The notes: generated by a model from the sequence alone, not told the origin. A stretch of DNA of 55,831 bases from Tubiluchus corallicola (GCA_030141605.1 JAQGDQ010002420.1:1-55831); one strand, 5' to 3'. Shown: positions 19,777 to 29,531, counted from the stretch's first letter. Program-made: numbers and translations.

Positions 19777-20784
19777 ATGAACAAATCTCAATTAATCGAG
19801 AGGTTATCGGAAGATACCGAGCTCACGGGAGAGCAGGTTAGCGAATTTTTAACGGCTCTGCAGGATACGATTGTGGAAACCGTCCACGATGGAGATATCG
19901 TTAAGATAAGCTCTTTTGGCACATTTGCTCCTCACAAGCTTCCGTCGAGGGTGATAAGGAGCATACAAGATGCTTCTCTGATTGTTACACCTGAAAAAGA
20001 CACGGTAAAGTTTAAGCCTGGTTCAAAGCTCAAGGAGCCATTTGCGGTTAAAGCTGTGCCTGTCAAGAGAAAGCATGTTCAGATGCCTGAAGCGTCTGAG
20101 ACGGTTGAGACGGTTCCTGCTAAAGAGAAATCGAAGAAGCCGCAGCTGATCATCGCTGTTGTTTTAGTCTTGGCCATAGGATTATTCGCTCTTAACCAAT
20201 ACATGCGGGACAAAAGCACAGGCGAGGACGCGATGGTCGTACCGGAGCCCGAAGTTGTGGTGGCAAGCGTTGAAGAAGTACCTCCGCCGATTGTGGAAGA
20301 AGTGCCGCCGGTCGTGGAGGAAACACCACCGGAACCGCCAATTGTGGAAGAAGTGCCGCCGGTCGAAGTTGAAGAGGAAATTAATATCATCGATCAGCTT
20401 TTCCTCGTGCATAATGAGCATGTCCAATCTTACATAGAGGATGATGTCTACATTATGTTGGTGTTTTTCAAGCCCTACGGCGTTGCGCTCACTTCTGACA
20501 TGAAGAGTTCTATGCAGCCAGTGATGCAGCAGATATTTGAGCATAGTGAACACATAGACAGGATAATAGTGGAAGGGCACGCGGATGCTTCCGGAGATAA
20601 AGATGAAAATATTATGCTTTCGAGCCTCCGAGCAGAGAATGCGTACTACTACATTGAGCAGTACAGTCCTCAAATTGAATTTTTCATTGAGAATAAAGGG
20701 ACTGTCGCCCCCATGGGTTCAAACGATACGACTGAGGGAAGATCTCTGAATAGAAGGGCCCAAGTGATGATATTTTTCAAGTAG
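19777..20784 (+). CDS. HU/IHF domain - TM helix - Pro/Glu/Val-rich linker - OmpA-like peptidoglycan-binding domain fusion
   Basis: MNKSQLIERLS..V.ISSFGTF..VKFKPGSKLKE (HU); LIIAVVLVLAIGLFAL (TM); VEGHAD..G....N..LS..RA and N.T.EGR.LNRR (OmpA-C). Confidence 0.85.
   Translation: MNKSQLIERLSEDTELTGEQVSEFLTALQDTIVETVHDGDIVKISSFGTFAPHKLPSRVIRSIQDASLIVTPEKDTVKFKPGSKLKEPFAVKAVPVKRKHVQMPEASETVETVPAKEKSKKPQLIIAVVLVLAIGLFALNQYMRDKSTGEDAMVVPEPEVVVASVEEVPPPIVEEVPPVVEETPPEPPIVEEVPPVEVEEEINIIDQLFLVHNEHVQSYIEDDVYIMLVFFKPYGVALTSDMKSSMQPVMQQIFEHSEHIDRIIVEGHADASGDKDENIMLSSLRAENAYYYIEQYSPQIEFFIENKGTVAPMGSNDTTEGRSLNRRAQVMIFFK
20290..20365 (+). repeat. Intragenic 25-nt direct repeat encoding IVEEVPPV
   Basis: ATTGTGGAAGAAGTGCCGCCGGTCG at 20290-20314 and 20341-20365. 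Confidence 0.9.
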
Positions 20785-20884
20785 TGATTCTGTTTATAGG
20801 TGTGCTGCTTGCGGCTAGCTTTAGCAGCTTCCTTTTAATAGGATTGGCAAGAGAGTTCATTTAAAAAGTTTAGAGAATTTGTCG

Positions 20885-20911
20885 AAGCCCCCGGATTTTC
20901 GGGGGCTTTTT
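20885..20911 (+). terminator. Intrinsic terminator
   Basis: AAGCCCCCG-gatttt-CGGGGGCTT then T-run; lies between convergent genes. Confidence 0.85.
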
Positions 20912-20950
20912 ATGTGGGGCAAGTGTTGCCTTGTGTACTTTATGCACATA

Positions 20951-21682
20951 TCATTTCCAGGCCTTGACAAAGTATCTGCCGGCTAAAGAGCTGTCCCTCA
21001 GGTCTTCCTCTCCGTCGATTATCTGTATATTTTTGAACCCTCCCTGAAGGAGGAGGTCATGTATAGTTTCTTTGCTATAGGCCCTTTCAAACACGACGGA
21101 ACTATTCCTTTCCCAGCATTTTTCATCAATCGGATTAAATACCGTTACTTCATAACGCGCGATCTTGTTGAGCTTATTGTAGGAAAATGACACGATACTC
21201 ACCACATCATCTTCAACAAACGTGAGGTCTTTATCATCGTCGCTGTCATATGCGCTCTCTTCATTCGCATCAAAGAAGATAACCCCGTTATCCTTGAGAT
21301 TGAAGTATGCATTCTCAAATACCTGTAGCATATCCCTATTATCCGTAAAATGGTTTACACTGTCAAACATGCATATAATGGCATCGTAGGTCTCTTTTCT
21401 ATGAAAAGCGAGGACGTCACTATGCACAAAGCACCCGCCCTTAACATTTTCTTTAGCAAACTGCAACATGGCTTTTGAGTTATCCACACCGGTAACGTCA
21501 AATCCATCCTCGCTCAAGAGCTTGCAAATATCCCCGGTGCCGCAGCACATATCCAGTATTTTGCCATTTTTCCGAATATCCCTTAAAAAAAGATTCTGCA
21601 TAATGCCGTAAAACTTTTCAGGAACGTCCAAAGTCCAATGTCTGCTATACACATCCGCAAATATATCGTAAGGAGATTTCAT
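20951..21682 (-). CDS. Class I SAM-dependent methyltransferase
   Basis: ILDMCCGTG, GVDNS..ML, FDSVNH motifs. Confidence 0.88.
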   Translation of the reverse strand: MKSPYDIFADVYSRHWTLDVPEKFYGIMQNLFLRDIRKNGKILDMCCGTGDICKLLSEDGFDVTGVDNSKAMLQFAKENVKGGCFVHSDVLAFHRKETYDAIICMFDSVNHFTDNRDMLQVFENAYFNLKDNGVIFFDANEESAYDSDDDKDLTFVEDDVVSIVSFSYNKLNKIARYEVTVFNPIDEKCWERNSSVVFERAYSKETIHDLLLQGGFKNIQIIDGEEDLRDSSLAGRYFVKAWK

Positions 21683-21779
21683 ATCAGAAAATTGTTACTA
21701 CAAATTATTTGACTTATCAAGGATAAATAATCATAATTTAGCCTGGAAGGTCAGGAATAAAGCTTTAAAGGCAAAGTAA

Positions 21780-22522
21780 TTGAAGAATATACCAATACTT
21801 TTATCAAAGATCCAAGGCCCTGCAAACTTAGGTTTGATAATGCGAGCGATGGCGAATACGGGCTTTAAGGAAGTTCGGTTCACTGGTGAGTTGAACGGAG
21901 ACGAGTTTGATGTCAAGCGATATGCCTTGAAAAGCTCGGCGATGACAGTTGTTAAGAAGATGCCTTCCTCGCAGAAATGACTTCGGATCTACACACGGTG
22001 GTGGGTCTTACTACAAAAACCCCGTGGATGGACAATAAAAACGTTCTTTACAGCGATTTTGTCAATCTGGTAAGGGATGAGATGAGTGCGGGGAAAAGAG
22101 TCGGTCTTCTATTCGGAAACGAAGAAGCCGGACTCTCAAACTCAGAACTGGCCAGATGCACGTACAGATTATCGCTGCCAACAAATAAATCCTTCACAAG
22201 CCTAAACATCGCCCAAGCAGCCATGATAGTTATGTGGCAAATTCACACCAATCTTCTCGATAAGGACGATCTGAATATTGATGCAAAAGTAGAAATAGCG
22301 ACCAATAAAAATAAAGAGCTGCTCTTAGGCAAATTGCAGGACTTGTTAATAACCATAAACTATCTAAAAGCCCAAAATAGAGAGCGGATGTGGGAAGAAA
22401 TGCTTAACGCACTTCAACACAAAAGCATAAATGAAAGAGAGCTAAACATATGTACAGGCATGATATCCAAGTGTCTGGCGTACATAGAAAGCTTGAAGGA
22501 AGATATCAAACATGGAAAATGA
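21780..22522 (+). CDS. trmJ: SPOUT RNA methyltransferase, TrmJ/TrmH family (frameshift near 21965)
   Basis: NLGLIMRAMANTG; LLFGNEEAGLSN; SLNIAQA. Confidence 0.75.
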
Positions 22523-23324
22523 AATATTTATATATATTATTCTAGTACTTGGCGGATGCTTTGCCGGCTTTATCAATGCTTTAGCCGGTGGAGGTTCATT
22601 CTTGACCGTTCCCCTACTGATATTTGCAGGTCTTCCGCCAAACATCGCCAATGCCACAAATAGGCTCGCCGTAGTTATGCAAAATATCTCTGCGCTGACG
22701 AGATATCATTCTTCAGGGTATCTGCCCGTCAAGTTTTCTGTGTGGGTATCGATACCGGCGGTTATCGGAGCGCTTTTTGGGGCATATATTGCCACCGTAA
22801 TATCTGACGAAGGGTTTAAGAATCTGTTTGCAATAATCATGATCTTGATAAGCTTAAACTCCATACTAAACAGACCGCTCAACTCCATAAAAAAACTTTT
22901 TAGCAAAGAAAAAGGGGAAAAAGAATCTGATAATAATGCAAAAATAGACGAATTGCAGATATTCACTGGAGATACCCAAAGGCCCATTCATTTTGTCGTA
23001 TTTTTCTTCATAGGACTTTATGCAGGATTTATACAAGCGGGAGTGGGTTTCTTAGTTCTCGGTGGTCTGGCCATGCTGGGAATGGATCTTGTGAGAGGAA
23101 ACGCCGTCAAAATATTCGTAATATTCATGACAACCCTTATATCTCTCCTATTCTTTATGTATCACGGAATGGTACTCTACTCCTACGGCTTGATCTTAGG
23201 CACGGGAAGCATGATAGGCGGATATGTCGGCGCGGGCCTGGCTATCAAAAAAGGGACAAAGTTTATTAAACTATTCGTAACTATTGCAATCATCACATTT
23301 GCAATAGTCCTCATCCTGACGTGA
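22512..23324 (+). CDS. TSUP (TauE/SafE) family membrane protein
   Basis: AGFINALAGGGSFLTVP, ANATNR, YAGFIQAGVG. Confidence 0.88.
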   Translation: MENEIFIYIILVLGGCFAGFINALAGGGSFLTVPLLIFAGLPPNIANATNRLAVVMQNISALTRYHSSGYLPVKFSVWVSIPAVIGALFGAYIATVISDEGFKNLFAIIMILISLNSILNRPLNSIKKLFSKEKGEKESDNNAKIDELQIFTGDTQRPIHFVVFFFIGLYAGFIQAGVGFLVLGGLAMLGMDLVRGNAVKIFVIFMTTLISLLFFMYHGMVLYSYGLILGTGSMIGGYVGAGLAIKKGTKFIKLFVTIAIITFAIVLILT

Positions 23325-23525
23325 GATAGATGAACTCTTGCCCGAGCATCCATTAAAAGATTTTGAACGCAGTGGAAAAAGCTCTCTAAGAGAAGAAGAT
23401 AGATACGCTTATTGTTGCAACCTGTGAAGAAGCATTATGCGCCGATATAGCCTTAAAGGTAACCACACACCCTAGCCCACTATCTTGGTACATTTCATCT
23501 TTTTTATAAAAAGTAGAGATCTTCA

Positions 23526-23662
23526 GCGCAATAAGTTGCGCAATGCTATATTCTTTCACACTTTTATTGTGCAAAAGATGCATACTCTTCAGCAGAGCAA
23601 TAAAAAAAAACCTTATATATCAATAAGTTACACGATGCCAATTGTTTGGCACACATCCTGCT
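23526..23662 (+). promoter_or_regulatory. sigma54 promoter with IHF site and two palindromic activator sites
   Basis: TGGCACACATCCTGCT (GG-N10-GC) 23647-23662; exact IHF consensus TATCAATAAGTTA 23618-23630 with upstream A-tract; palindromes at 23526-23541 and 23568-23584. Confidence 0.75.
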
Positions 23663-23703
23663 CTATAACAAAACATAAAAAAAATATAAAGGAGACAAAT
23701 CGT

Positions 23704-24126
23704 ATGAAAAAATTATTGGCAGTAATCGGTATTATCAGCCTTTTTGGAGCGTACGCGTATGCGGAATCCGGCTTTGGCTTAGACAGTGATGGCAAGGGCA
23801 AAAGGGGCAAATACAACAGTTGCGAGCAGCAAGATAATTTTGCAGCGCTAACTGAGGAAGAAGCCACTCTGAAGGTGGAAGAATTTATTTCTAACAACTT
23901 CAAAGGCTACAGCCTCAGTGGCAGCCCTGAAGTCAAAACTGGCAAAAGGGGCAGCGCCTATATCTTTCCCGCCACTGATGCAGCTGGAAATGAATTTTAC
24001 TTCGCGGCACATCCAAAAGGTGGCGTGAAGGGCCCTATATCCAAAGCGCAGTTTGAAGCTATGGCTGAGAAAAAGGAACAGAAAAAACAAGAGCGTGAAA
24101 ATAGGAAAAATAACGACACGCAGTAA
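23704..24126 (+). CDS. Secreted small protein, possibly PepSY-like
   Basis: AAGGAG RBS; signal peptide MKKLLAVIGIISLFGAYAYA; LTEEEA..KV..FI helix followed by beta strands. Confidence 0.7.
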   Translation: MKKLLAVIGIISLFGAYAYAESGFGLDSDGKGKRGKYNSCEQQDNFAALTEEEATLKVEEFISNNFKGYSLSGSPEVKTGKRGSAYIFPATDAAGNEFYFAAHPKGGVKGPISKAQFEAMAEKKEQKKQERENRKNNDTQ

Positions 24127-24144
24127 ATAAAAAATTATTTTATA

Positions 24145-24193
24145 GAGGGAGCTACATAATAACTCCCTCCATTTATTTATTTATTTATTTTAT
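24145..24193 (+). terminator. Intrinsic terminator followed by an (ATTT)n run
   Basis: GAGGGAG/CTCCCTC stem 24145-24169. Confidence 0.65.
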
Positions 24194-24295
24194 TCCAAGG
24201 GGAAAAACTGATGAAAACTTTTATTATTGACCTACTACTTTGGCTGCTTCTACTATTCCTTCTGACCGCATTTTTATCCCTGTAACCACGCCAGT

Positions 24296-24334
24296 GTAAG
24301 CCCCAGCGACAGCACAGCCTTCGCTGGGGTTTAC
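24296..24334. terminator. Strong hairpin just past the HAD gene stop
   Basis: GTAAGCCCCAGCGA / TCGCTGGGGTTTAC. Confidence 0.65.
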
Positions 24335-24336
24335 GA

Positions 24337-25083
24337 TCAATTAAAATGGTTTAAAATATCATTGAGATAGATAACTCCATCAAAACCATCTATCTCTCCG
24401 CTGATGATACTTCCCTTCTCGCCCGACTCAGCTCCTAAGCAAGTGACCACTATATCAGCTTGCCCCAAATCTTCATCCACGGTGTATGGATTCACGGTAG
24501 CCAAGACATTTGTCCCAGCTCTTTTTGCAGCGGTTACGCCTATGTGCGAATCCTCCACAACTAAGCATTCAGAAGCTTCAATCCCCACCCTGTCGAGACC
24601 GGTTTGATATATTTCAGGGTCAGGTTTCTTTTTGTTTACCATATCTCCTGCAAGGATAAAGTCAAACTTTATATCGGATAAAAACTTCTCGGAGATTAGG
24701 CTAGCGACCCTTTCGTTAGAAGTGGTACAGATACCGATATGCAACCCCTTATTCTGTATCTCCTTCATAAACCTGAGCACACCTGGGCGCAAAGGCAACT
24801 CGCCACCCTCTAGCATCTCCAAAAATATGTCAGTTTTCCTCTTGTGCAACTTAGGCACCAGAGTATCCACACTCTCCGGAAGCTTCACATTATTGGTCTC
24901 AAAAAAATGTTTCATCCGCTCCTTTCCACCACCAACCTGCAACAACTTGTGGTACCCATCAACACTCCATGACGCATCTATGCCAAACTCCTCGAAGACT
25001 TTGTTAAAAGCAACCCGATGTCCATCCTTTTCAGTGTCTATGATTACTCCATCTTGATCAAAAAATACCGCCTTAATAGCCAT
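24337..25083 (-). CDS. HAD-superfamily sugar phosphatase, CbbY-like
   Basis: FFDQDGVIIDTEKDGHRVAFN, GGGKERM, KKPDPEIY, VVEDS; RBS before ATG 25083. Confidence 0.88.
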   Translation of the reverse strand: MAIKAVFFDQDGVIIDTEKDGHRVAFNKVFEEFGIDASWSVDGYHKLLQVGGGKERMKHFFETNNVKLPESVDTLVPKLHKRKTDIFLEMLEGGELPLRPGVLRFMKEIQNKGLHIGICTTSNERVASLISEKFLSDIKFDFILAGDMVNKKKPDPEIYQTGLDRVGIEASECLVVEDSHIGVTAAKRAGTNVLATVNPYTVDEDLGQADIVVTCLGAESGEKGSIISGEIDGFDGVIYLNDILNHFN

Positions 25084-25144
25084 TGTCCCCTCCTCATCTA
25101 TCTTAACAAAAGGATAGTCGTATTGCATCAGAGTATCACAGGGT

Positions 25145-26014
25145 CTATGCCTTGCCAGCACAACCCAAAAGATCAATAAACCTCTCAATGCTCTGCACTA
25201 TCTTCCCTCTTACATACTTATCAATCTTTCCCGGATTATATTCATCCCTATGTCCGTCTATGTACTCATAAGTTGCATCGATCAGGACTCTCTTCAGCTC
25301 TGTTGAAACATTAAACTTTGCTCCACCTGCAGACACCAACCTCTTAACGACATCATCGCTTAGCCCCGTTCCCCCATGTATGACAAGAGCTGATCTGTAG
25401 GCGTCGCCATTCACTATTTGTGCAATCTTTTCAAACCTGTCAAAATCCACATTGGGTTCTCCCTTGTAAACTCCATGCGCTGTGCCGATAGCGGGAGCAA
25501 AAAGATCTACCCCGGTCTTTGAAACAAACTCAAGCGCCTCATCAGGATCACACAATCTCGCCTCGTCTTCGTCGACGACGAGTTCATCCTCAACACCCAA
25601 GACCCTGCCTAATTCGCCTTCAACGGTAATGTCACCCTTATCTCTGCAATAATCTACAACACCCTTTGTAATCTCGATATTTTTATCAAGCTCATTATGG
25701 GATGCATCGATCATGATATTTGTATATCCTGCATCGGCACAACGGATGCATAAGTCCACATCCTCACAGTGATCAAGATGCAGGCAAACAGGGATATCTA
25801 CCCCTCTTGCTATGGCCTTATAAGCGGACGCAATGACCTCAGGGCCGATAAACTTCACGGGGGAGACGGATGTCTGTATAATGACGGGAGATCGCTTGTT
25901 ATGCGCAGCCTCCACAACAGCTTCCATCTGCAAAATGTTCGTAATGTTGAATGCCCCGACAGCATAGCCACCTAGGCTAGCCTTTCTTAACATCTCTCTT
26001 GCGTTCTCTATCAT
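25145..26014 (-). CDS. Class II (metal-dependent) ketose-phosphate aldolase
   Basis: AVGAFN, HLDH, MIDAS, VEGELG, GTAHG, IHGGTG, KFNVST. Confidence 0.92.
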   Translation of the reverse strand: MIENAREMLRKASLGGYAVGAFNITNILQMEAVVEAAHNKRSPVIIQTSVSPVKFIGPEVIASAYKAIARGVDIPVCLHLDHCEDVDLCIRCADAGYTNIMIDASHNELDKNIEITKGVVDYCRDKGDITVEGELGRVLGVEDELVVDEDEARLCDPDEALEFVSKTGVDLFAPAIGTAHGVYKGEPNVDFDRFEKIAQIVNGDAYRSALVIHGGTGLSDDVVKRLVSAGGAKFNVSTELKRVLIDATYEYIDGHRDEYNPGKIDKYVRGKIVQSIERFIDLLGCAGKA

Positions 26015-26038
26015 TACAGAAGACCTCCTGATTACAAT

Positions 26039-27358
26039 CTACCTAAGAGCGTCGAGACCCAAAATAGCCGCACCCCTCTCCGCAGTCTCGCCGATATCCA
26101 CAAACTCATACCCAGCACCAAAAACTTCCCTTTTAAGATCCGTGTAAGGAGCAACAGCACCGCCGCCAACGTGGAATATATCCCTCTTCAGCTGAATCTC
26201 TTCTTCCCAAATCGGAATGATTTCCGCCTGAAATTTGATATTGTTGTAAAAGATAGAGTAAAGAAAATCTTCTCTGGAACTGTCGAGAGTAACGCCGTCA
26301 AAAGAAGCGGTAACCTGCTCCATTTTGTGCCTATCTCCGCTCAGGTAAGGTTTGAATACAATATCGCCACTACGATCTTTGAGAACGTTAATGACATATT
26401 CGTTGTAAAACTCTTTTTCGCTCATATCCAGGCAGAATGTCCTGCGAAACCACTCAATGGACGCCCCGCCAGCTCCAAGAGTCCTCATAGCGAGCCAGAG
26501 ACCCTTGTAGGCGTGTGTCCTAAGTAGATGCTTCTCATGCGCAAACGGCTTGTCAGTACAGACAAGCAGAATTTCCACGGTGCCCGAAGTGTTTAACATC
26601 ACTCCAGGTTCCTTTATTCCAGCGCCAGTGACAGCGCAAACCGTGTCATTAGCCCCAATAACTACGGGCAAACCACTCGTCAAGCCGAGCTGTCTAGCTA
26701 TATCGCTCTTAAGATATCCGCATACGTCCGTGCAATCCACAATTTCCGGTAAATCATCTCTGGAAATACCCGCTGCAGAAAGAAGATAATCGCTCCATCC
26801 ACCATAACTCGTAGTCTCGTACAGACCAGAAAAGGATGTGTTGGTGGGTTCAGCCACAAAGTTGCCCGTGAGCTTCCTCACAAAAAAGGTAGACACAGGA
26901 CCAAAAATCATGTCATCGGCAATCTCCGGCATATTCCTCTTGAACCACATCATACTGGTGACTGTGATCCCCCCGGGAATTGGTAGATTGCCCGTGATTG
27001 CTCGGCACTTCTCAGACCCGACGTTATCAATAATAGATTGAGCCTCTGCAGCGCTGCGACGATCAAGGTGAGCAACTATGGGAGCAAGAGCCTCGCCATC
27101 CTTTCTGCTCATGACCATCAAGGACAGAAGACTGGAAAAAGATAATACATCCACATCAAGTTTATTTTCAAGTTGGTCACAAGCTGTAACAAAGGCTGAC
27201 CACAGAACACCCTCGTCCATCTCAACCCTGTTCTTGCCTGCGGAATAAAAGCTCTTCTCATACGGAACCTTTACCCTCTCCAAGGTATTTAGTTCCTCAT
27301 CAAAAATGGAAGCTTTGAGAGACTGTGTCCCGATGTCAACCGCCAAAACCTTTTTCAT
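26039..27358 (-). CDS. FGGY-family carbohydrate kinase
   Basis: AVDIGTQSLK, HLDRRS, GAND, TSGT, PYLSGDR, VGGGA. Confidence 0.88.
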   Translation of the reverse strand: MKKVLAVDIGTQSLKASIFDEELNTLERVKVPYEKSFYSAGKNRVEMDEGVLWSAFVTACDQLENKLDVDVLSFSSLLSLMVMSRKDGEALAPIVAHLDRRSAAEAQSIIDNVGSEKCRAITGNLPIPGGITVTSMMWFKRNMPEIADDMIFGPVSTFFVRKLTGNFVAEPTNTSFSGLYETTSYGGWSDYLLSAAGISRDDLPEIVDCTDVCGYLKSDIARQLGLTSGLPVVIGANDTVCAVTGAGIKEPGVMLNTSGTVEILLVCTDKPFAHEKHLLRTHAYKGLWLAMRTLGAGGASIEWFRRTFCLDMSEKEFYNEYVINVLKDRSGDIVFKPYLSGDRHKMEQVTASFDGVTLDSSREDFLYSIFYNNIKFQAEIIPIWEEEIQLKRDIFHVGGGAVAPYTDLKREVFGAGYEFVDIGETAERGAAILGLDALR

Positions 27359-27397
27359 ACAAAAATCCCCCAGCGTCTTTACATGCAAATGTAGTAA

Positions 27398-28354
27398 TCA
27401 CATGTAAATCCATCCATTGAAAACCCATTCAGGTCTTCTTCCTTCTAAAACATCCACCATGCCCCGAACACTGTGCTCTGCCATCCGATACCTACACTCA
27501 ACAGTCAATGCGGCAGAATGAGGCGTCATTATTACTCTATCAAACTTTAATAGGGGATTATCTTCCCTAATAGGTTCCTCACTAAAGACGTCCAGACAAA
27601 CATTTCTGAATCGTCCCTTTGTAAGTTCATTACAAAGAGCCTCTTCATCTATCACTCTTCCCCTTGCAACGTTGAGTATAATAGCATCATCCTTCATGGC
27701 CTTTAAAAAATCCTCTCCAACTATGCCTTTCGTAGAATCGGTCAAGGGCATATGGATAGACAACACATCCATCTCACCAAGTTTGCTGTATAGATTGCTG
27801 CACAGCACGACCCCATCCTCGACATCACTTTCGGACAAAAAAGGGTCGTAAGCATACACATTCATGCCCAAAAAACGGGCAAACTTGCCCAGACTGCGCC
27901 CTATCCTGCCATATCCCAAGATATAGATGTTTTTACCAAAAACATCATAAGCTCCCGCATCGTTTCGGATATCCCAGTTCAAATGCCTAACCTCGCGATC
28001 AAGCATCTTCATATTCTTAAAAGCCATCATTAAAAAAGCTATGACGTGCTCCGCAACCGAGGAGTAATTCGCCTCAGGAGTGTAGCAAACAGGAATCTTC
28101 CTTTCGCTGGCAGCATCAACATCCACATTGTCAACACCAACCCCCGTCCGGGTGATAACCTTCAGACTATCAGCACCCATGATGGTATCTCTGCTGAGAT
28201 TAGTATTCGTGCGAACGAGAATCCCCTCACAACCCTCAATATATTCCCTCACCACAGACTCATGGGGAGAAGGGGGTAAAACGACCTCAAACTTTCCCTT
28301 CAGGTATTCAATCAAAGGCTCAGGTATCGCCTGGGCAAGCATGATTTTTTTCAT
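27398..28354 (-). CDS. D-2-hydroxyacid dehydrogenase (SerA-like)
   Basis: RTGVGVDNVD, SVAEH, LGYGRIG, NVARG, LDVF..EP, TPHSA. Confidence 0.92.
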   Translation of the reverse strand: MKKIMLAQAIPEPLIEYLKGKFEVVLPPSPHESVVREYIEGCEGILVRTNTNLSRDTIMGADSLKVITRTGVGVDNVDVDAASERKIPVCYTPEANYSSVAEHVIAFLMMAFKNMKMLDREVRHLNWDIRNDAGAYDVFGKNIYILGYGRIGRSLGKFARFLGMNVYAYDPFLSESDVEDGVVLCSNLYSKLGEMDVLSIHMPLTDSTKGIVGEDFLKAMKDDAIILNVARGRVIDEEALCNELTKGRFRNVCLDVFSEEPIREDNPLLKFDRVIMTPHSAALTVECRYRMAEHSVRGMVDVLEGRRPEWVFNGWIYM

Positions 28355-29233
28355 AATAGGCTGTTCACTCTAAACAGCTCTTCAATATCGGCATATTCTT
28401 GAGCCGATACGGGCAAAAGAGGCAACCTGGGAACGCCTGCTTGTATCCCATAATATTCATTGCAGCTTTAACCCCCGCAACGCCGCCCTTTCCGAAACAC
28501 GCTGGTTCAGCATGTATATAAAGAAGTGCAGATCAAGGCCCCTCTTGGCATCTCCGTCCAGAAAGCTTCATAAAGCCGCAGCGATCAGCATATAGTTTGC
28601 AAGGGAGATTATTCCACCGCTTGCGCCGTAGCTAAGACCTGTGTAAAAAAAGTTTGCAGAGCCTGCCAACAGATGAAAATCGTCAGCCTCTCTGAGGCAC
28701 TCAAGATAAGACATCAAACCAGAAGTAGAGCTATCCTTCATCCCGACAATATTGGGATGCTCGGCAAGCTTTGCCACCACAGACGGGCTAACTGACACAT
28801 TTGAGCAAAAACCTGGAGCGTTGTATATGAGCAAAGGTATAGGCGACTTATCTCCAAGATCTGAATAGTATTTTAACAAAACATCATCACTCATGCTCTT
28901 AGAAAAATAATGAGGCGGCAACACACTGATGAAATCCACATTAAATTCGGACACCTTCTTGATAAATTCAAAAGTCTCGTGCAGAGATTCCCGACTTGCG
29001 CCAACCATCAAGACCTTATCACCCTTCTTTTCGCTAAATACTCTAACGACAGACAGCTGCTCACCCTCAGACAGGCTCATAAATTCACCATTGCTCCCCA
29101 ATGCCAAATAACCCCTCAGACTCGACCCGCTCATCTTTTCCAAATTGTATTCAAGCCAATCAAGCCGCAACTCTTCGTTGTGAAAAGGAGAAACCAACGG
29201 AGCAAATACCCCGGACAGCAAATTTTCAAGCAT
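28351..29233 (-). CDS. DapA/DHDPS-family aldolase, GSNGE (HOGA-like) type; several indels in the 3' third
   Basis: GSNGE, IYNAP, IVGMKDSS; shifted frames give GVAGVKAAM..MGY..G.PRLPL, ending in an ATGA overlap with the next gene. Confidence 0.82.
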
Positions 29234-29279
29234 AATAAACCTCAAACGAATGTTGTACAACCAACAAAAATCGTCTCCC

Positions 29280-29308
29280 ATCCTACAACAAAACCAGCCC
29301 CATGTCAA
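29280..29308 (-). promoter_or_regulatory. sigma70 promoter of the aldolase operon
   Basis: Minus strand TTGACA, 17 nt, TAGGAT. Confidence 0.65.
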
Positions 29309-29502
29309 ACAATTATACAAAACACCCCATACGCTCCAAATTACTGCACAGCCCCTTATTATGGACTGCTTGAAGGCATCTCAAGTGCCAATTACAGATA
29401 CAGGACAATAATCTCTCACGGCAAACAAACACTCAAACTTGTGCAAATTTACGACTAGAAAGCACTCCTAACATAATGATGTTGTATTTTCTCTAAAAAG
29501 TA

Positions 29503-29531
29503 TTGACAAGTAACATAAGGTTTTGCATAAT
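29503..29531 (+). promoter_or_regulatory. sigma70 promoter of the first dctP paralog
   Basis: TTGACA, 17 nt, CATAAT. Confidence 0.7.

Noticed and set aside
23330-23510. Possible gene remnant (EKKIDTLIVATCEE...)
   Set aside because: No start, interrupted frames and no family I can assign
25145-26014. SqiA-type sulfofructose-phosphate aldolase serving island 1
   Set aside because: It lies 10 kb away in a different operon, with an FGGY rather than Pfk-type kinase; nothing positive supports the link
28910-29458. Long opposite-strand or shifted-frame ORFs (also 5545-6111, 4200-4670, 20182-20673, 55257-55796)
   Set aside because: Shadows of well-supported genes, with no motifs or RBS
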